The translations under genes were made by a program, and so were the position numbers. A DNA stretch of 64,000 bases, taken from Eledone cirrhosa. Its lineage: Eukaryota. The notes beneath the pieces are model-generated. The model made no database searches. It saw nothing but the letters and a program-made list of their open reading frames with translations, and was not told the origin of the DNA. Each line of letters begins with the position of its first letter. Within the stretch, counting starts at the first letter, position 1. The stretch is from assembly GCA_964016885.1 (NCBI GenBank), contig OZ024757.1, positions 9,920,001 through 9,984,000 on the forward strand, written 5' to 3'. Below, piece after piece: positions 59,901 to 64,000 of this stretch.

Positions 59901-62900
59901 TTAACTCAAGTTGGGATTAAATCAAGTTGGGGTTAAGTCAAGTTGGGGTTAAGTTAAGTTGGGGTTAAGTTAAGTTGGGGTTAAGTTAAGTTGGGTTTAA
60001 GTTAAGTTGGGGTTAAGTTAAGTAGGGGTTAAGTTAAGTTGGGGTTAAGTTGGGGTTAAGTTAAGTTGGGGTTAAGTTAAGTTGGGTTAAGTTAAGTTGG
60101 GGTTAATTAAGTTGGGGGTAAGTTAAGTTAGGGGTAAGTTAAGTTGGGGTTAATTTAAGTTGGGGTTAAGTTAAGTTGGGGTTAAGTTAAGTTGGGGTTA
60201 AGTTAAGTTGGGGTTAATTTAAGTTGGGGTTAAGTTAAGTTGGGGTTAAGGTAAGTTGGGGTTAAGTTAAGTTGGGGTTAAGTTAAGTTGGGGTTACGTT
60301 AAGTTGGGGTTAAGTTAAGTTGGGGTTAAGTTAAGTTGGGATTAAGTCAAGTTGGTGTTAAGTCAAGTTGGGGTTAAGTCAAGTTGGGGTTAAGTCAAGT
60401 TTGGGTTAAGTTAAGTTGGGGTTAAGTTAAGTGGGGGTTAAGTTAACTTGGGGTTAAGTTAAGTTGGGGCTAATTTAAGTTGGTGTTAATTTAAGTTGGG
60501 GTTAAGTTAAGTTGGGGTTAAGTTAAGTTGGGGTTAAATTAAGCTGGGGTTAACTTAAGTAGGGGTTAAGTTAAGTTGGGTTAAGTTGGGATTAACTTAA
60601 GTTTGGGTTAAGTTAAGTTGGGGTTAAGTTAAGTTCGGATTGAGTCAAGTGTGGGGTTAAGTCAAGTTGGGGTTAAGTCAAGTTGGGTTTAAGTTAAGTT
60701 GGGGTTAAGTTAAGTTGGGGTTAAGTTAAGTTGGTGTTAAGTTAAGTTGGGGTTAAGTTAAGTTGGGGTTAAGTTAATATGGGGTTAAGTTAAGTTGGGG
60801 TTAAGTTAAGTTGGGGTTAAGTCAAGTTGGGGTTAAGTCAAGTTGGGGTTAAGTTAAGTTGGGGTTAAGTTAAGTTGGGGTTAAGTTAAGTTGGGGGTAA
60901 GTTAATTAAGTCGGGGGTAATTTAAGTTGGGGGTAAGTTAAGCTGGGGTTAAGTTAAATTGGGGTTAAGTTAAGTTGGGGTTAAGTTAAGTAGGGGTTAA
61001 GTTAAGTTGGGGTTAAGTTGGGGTTAAGTTAAGTTGGGGTTAAGTTAATTTGGGGTTAAGTTAAGTTGGGGTTAAGTTGGGGTTAAGTTAAGTTGGGGTT
61101 AAGTTAAGTTGGGGTTAAGTTAAGTTGGGGGTAAGTTAAGTTAGGGGTAATTTAAGTTGGGGTTAAGTTAAGTTGGGGTTAAGTTAAGTTGGGGTTAAGG
61201 TAAGTTGGGGTTAAGTTAAGTTGGGGTTAAGTTAAGTTGGGGTTAAGTTAAGTTGGGTTTAAGTTAAGTTGGGATTAAATCAAGTTGGGGTTAAGTCAAG
61301 TTGGGGTTAAGTCAAGTTGGGGTTAATTCAAGTTGGGGTTAAGTCAAGTTGGGATTAAGTCAAGTTGGGGTTAAGTCAAGTTGGGGTTAAGTTAAGTTGG
61401 GGTTAAGTTAAGTTGGGGTTAAGTTAAGTTGGGTTTAAGTTAAGTTGGGGTTAAGTTAAGTAGGGGTTAAGTTAAGTTGGGGTTAAGTTGGGGTTAAGTT
61501 AAGTTGGGGTTAAGTTAAGTTGGGTTAAGTTAAGTTGGGGTTAATTAAGTTGGGGGTAAGTTAAGTTAGGGGTAAGTTAAGTTGGGGTTAATTTAAGTTG
61601 GGGTTAAGTTAAGTTGGGGTTAAGTTAAGTTGGGGTTAAGTTAAGTTGGGGTTAATTTAAGTTGGGGTTAAGTTAAGTTGGGGTTAAGGTAAGTTGGGGT
61701 TAAGTTAAGTTGGGGTTAAGTTAAGTTGGGGTTACGTTAAGTTGGGGTTAAGTTAAGTTGGGGTTAAGTTAAGTTGGGGTTAAGGTAAGTTGGGGTTAAG
61801 TTAAGTTGGGGTTAAGTTAAGTTGGGGTTACGTTAAGTTGGGGTTAAGTTAAGTTGGGGTTAAGTTAAGTTGGGATTAAGTCAAGTTGGTGTTAAGTCAA
61901 GTTGGGGTTAAGTCAAGTTGGGGTTAAGTCAAGTTGGGGTTAAGTCAAGTTTGGGTTAAGTTAAGTTGGGGTTAAGTTAAGTGGGGGTTAAGTTAACTTG
62001 GGGTTAAGTTAAGTTGGGGCTAATTTAAGTTGGTGTTAATTTAAGTTGGGGTTAAGTTAAGTTGGGGTTAAGTTAAGTTGGGGTTAAATTAAGCTGGGGT
62101 TAACTTAAGTAGGGGTTAAGTTAAGTTGGGTTAAGTTGGGATTAACTTAAATTTGGGTTAAGTTAAGTTGGGGTTAAGTTAAGTTCGGATTGAGTCAAGT
62201 GTGGGGTCAAGTCAAGTTGGGGTTAAGTCAAGTTGGGTTTAAGTTAAGTTGGGGTTAAGTTAAGTTGGGGTTAAGTTAAGTTGGTGTTAAGTTAAGTTGG
62301 GGTTAAGTTAAGTTGGGGTTAAGTTAATATGGGGTTAAGTTAAGTTGGGGTTAAGTTAAGTTGGGGTTAAGTCAAGTTGGGGTTAAGTCAAGTTGGGGTT
62401 AAGTTAAGTTGGGGTTAAGTTAAGTTGGGGTTAAGTTAAGTTGGGGGTAAGTTAATTAAGTCGGGGGTAATTTAAGTTGGGGGTAAGTTAAGCTGGGGTT
62501 AAGTTAAATTGGGGTTAAGTTAAGTTGGGGTTAAGTTAAGTAGGGGTTAAGTTAAGTTGGGGTTAAGTTGGGGTTAAGTTAAGTTGGGGTTAAGTTAATT
62601 TGGGGTTAAGTTAAGTTGGGGTTAAGTTGGGGTTAAGTTAAGTTGGGGTTAAGTTGGGGTTAAGTTAAGTTGGGGTTAAGTTAAGTTGGGGTTAAGTTAA
62701 GTTGGGGGTAAGTTAAGTTAGGGGTAATTTAAGTTGGGGTTAAGTTAAGTTGGGGTTAAGTTAAGTTGGGGTTAAGGTAAGTTGGGGTTAAGTTAAGTTG
62801 GGGTTAAGTTAAGTTGGGGTTAAGTTAAGTTGGGTTTAAGTTAAGTTGGGATTAAATCAAGTTGGGGTTAAGTCAAGTTGGGGTTAAGTCAAGTTGGGGT

Positions 62901-64000
62901 TAATTCAAGTTGGGGTTAAGTCAAGTTGGGATTAAGTCAAGTTGGGGTTAAGTCAAGTTGGGGTTAAGTTAAGTTGGGGTTAAGTTAAGTTGGGGTTAAG
63001 TTAAGTTGGGTTTAAGTTAAGTTGGGGTTAAGTTAAGTAGGGGTTAAGTTAAGTTGGGGTTAAGTTGGGGTTAAGTTAAGTTGGGGTTAAGTTGGGTTAA
63101 GTTAAGTTGGGGTTAATTAAGTTGGGGGTAAGTTAAGTTAGGGGTAAGTTAAGTTGGGGTTAATTTAAGTTGGGGTTAAGTTAAGTTGGGGTTAAGTTAA
63201 GTTGGGGTTAAGTTAAGTTGGGGTTAATTTAAGTTGGGGTTAAGTTAAGTTGGGGTTAAGGTAAGTTGGGGTTAAGTTAAGTTGGGGTTAAGTTAAGTTG
63301 GGGTTACGTTAAGTTGGGGTTAAGTTAAGTTGGGGTTAAGTTAAGTTGGGATTAAGTCAAGTTGGTGTTAAGTCAAGTTGGGGTTAAGTCAAGTTGGGGT
63401 TAAGTCAAGTTGGGGTTAAGTCAAGTTTGGGTTAAGTTAAGTTGGGGTTAAGTTAAGCGGGGGTTATGTTAACTTGGGGTTAAGTTAAGTTGGGGCTAAT
63501 TTAAGTTGGTGTTAATTTAAGTTGGGGTTAAGTTAAGTTGGGGTTAAGTTAAGTTGGGGTTAAATTAAGCTGGGGTTAACTTAAGTAGGGGTTAAGTTAA
63601 GTTGGGTTAAGTTGGGATTAACTTAAGTTTGGGTTAAGTTAAGTTGGGGTTAAGTTAAGTTCGGATTGAGTCAAGTGTGGGGTTAAGTCAAGTTGGGGTT
63701 AAGTGAAGTTGGGTTTAAGTTAAGTTGGGGTTAAGTTAAGTTGGGGTTAAGTTAAGTTGGTGTTAAGTTAAGTTGGGGTTAAGTTAAGTTGGGGTTAAGT
63801 TAATATGGGGGTAAGTTAAGTTGGGGTTAAGTTAAGTTGGGGTTAAGTCAAGTTGGGGTTAAGTCAAGTTGGGGTTAAGTTAAGTTGGGGTTAAGTTAAG
63901 TTGGGGTTAAGTTAAGTTGGGGGTAAGTTAATTAAGTCGGGGGTAATTTAAGTTGGGGGTACGTTAAGCTGGGGTTAAGTTAAATTGGGGTTAAGTTAAG
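45000..64000 (+). repeat. Regular ~5.5-kb super-HOR (cassettes A-B-C), about 3.4 copies, running off the right edge
   Basis: Markers: B 45644, C 47120, A 49592, B 51142, C 52618, A 55122, B 56672, C 58148, A 60636, B 62186, C 63662. Spacings are 1476/2472/1550/1476/2504/1550/1476/2488/1550/1476. C-to-C periods are 5498, 5530 and 5514, differing by multiples of 16. Confidence 0.9.

Larger units (their letters stand above)
1..64000 (+). repeat. Satellite/minisatellite tandem array, 16-bp monomer TTGGGGTTAAGTTAAG, head-to-tail, about 4,000 copies; array extends beyond both window edges
   Basis: The monomer is directly readable on every line, always in the same orientation. The consensus has 6 G, 6 T, 4 A and no C. 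Deviations are point variants (GTCAAG, GGGATT, GGTAAG, TTACGT, TTCAGT, GGGCTA), 11-bp monomers lacking one TTAAG, and 1-bp indels. Confidence 0.99.

Noticed and set aside
1-64000. Protein-coding repeat ORF on either strand
   Set aside because: TTAA is palindromic and occurs twice per monomer, giving TAA on both strands. The 16-bp period rotates these stops through all frames, so no open frame exceeds a few tens of bases.
1-64000. CRISPR array or repeat-spacer system
   Set aside because: There are no unique spacers. All sequence between repeats is the same monomer with point variants, and no cas or other genes are present.
1-64000. Canonical telomerase-synthesised telomere (TTGGGG, TTAGG or TTAGGG)
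   Set aside because: These motifs are never tandemly repeated on their own. TTAGGG occurs only as a sporadic variant (TTAGGGGTAA), and inherited kilobase variant haplotypes are incompatible with de novo synthesis from a short RNA template.
49000-64000. 5.5-kb copies as an artefactual assembly expansion
   Set aside because: The copies are not identical. Periods differ (5498/5530/5514) and they are distinguished by nested and private variants. Read-level confirmation is still needed.

Overview
The whole 64-kb window is one uninterrupted, single-orientation tandem array of a 16-bp monomer, consensus TTGGGGTTAAGTTAAG (TTGGGG + 2x TTAAG), roughly 4,000 copies. I see no unique sequence, coding region, RNA gene, CRISPR spacer or mobile element. 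The information lies in the inherited variants. A rare marker (TTCGGATTGAGTCAAGTGTGGGG) occurs 30 times by my manual count, from 7.6 kb to the end, in three recognisable haplotypes (A, B, C). These define a nested higher-order repeat (HOR): 5/6-bp subunits, the 16-bp monomer, ~1.5-kb and ~2.5-kb cassettes, and a ~5.5-kb A-B-C super-unit that becomes regular from ~45 kb onward. The array is polarised. The left end is the most degenerate, the middle is a mosaic of 2-7 kb duplications, and the right end is homogeneous with new variants appearing stepwise rightwards. The G-rich, nearly C-free strand runs 5'->3' toward the homogeneous end. One hypothesis is a telomere-like or telomere-derived array that grows by recombination or template copying rather than by telomerase; an ordinary (peri)centromeric satellite fits equally well. 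The organism and chromosomal position cannot be determined from this window. Marker coordinates were read by hand and block boundaries are approximate.
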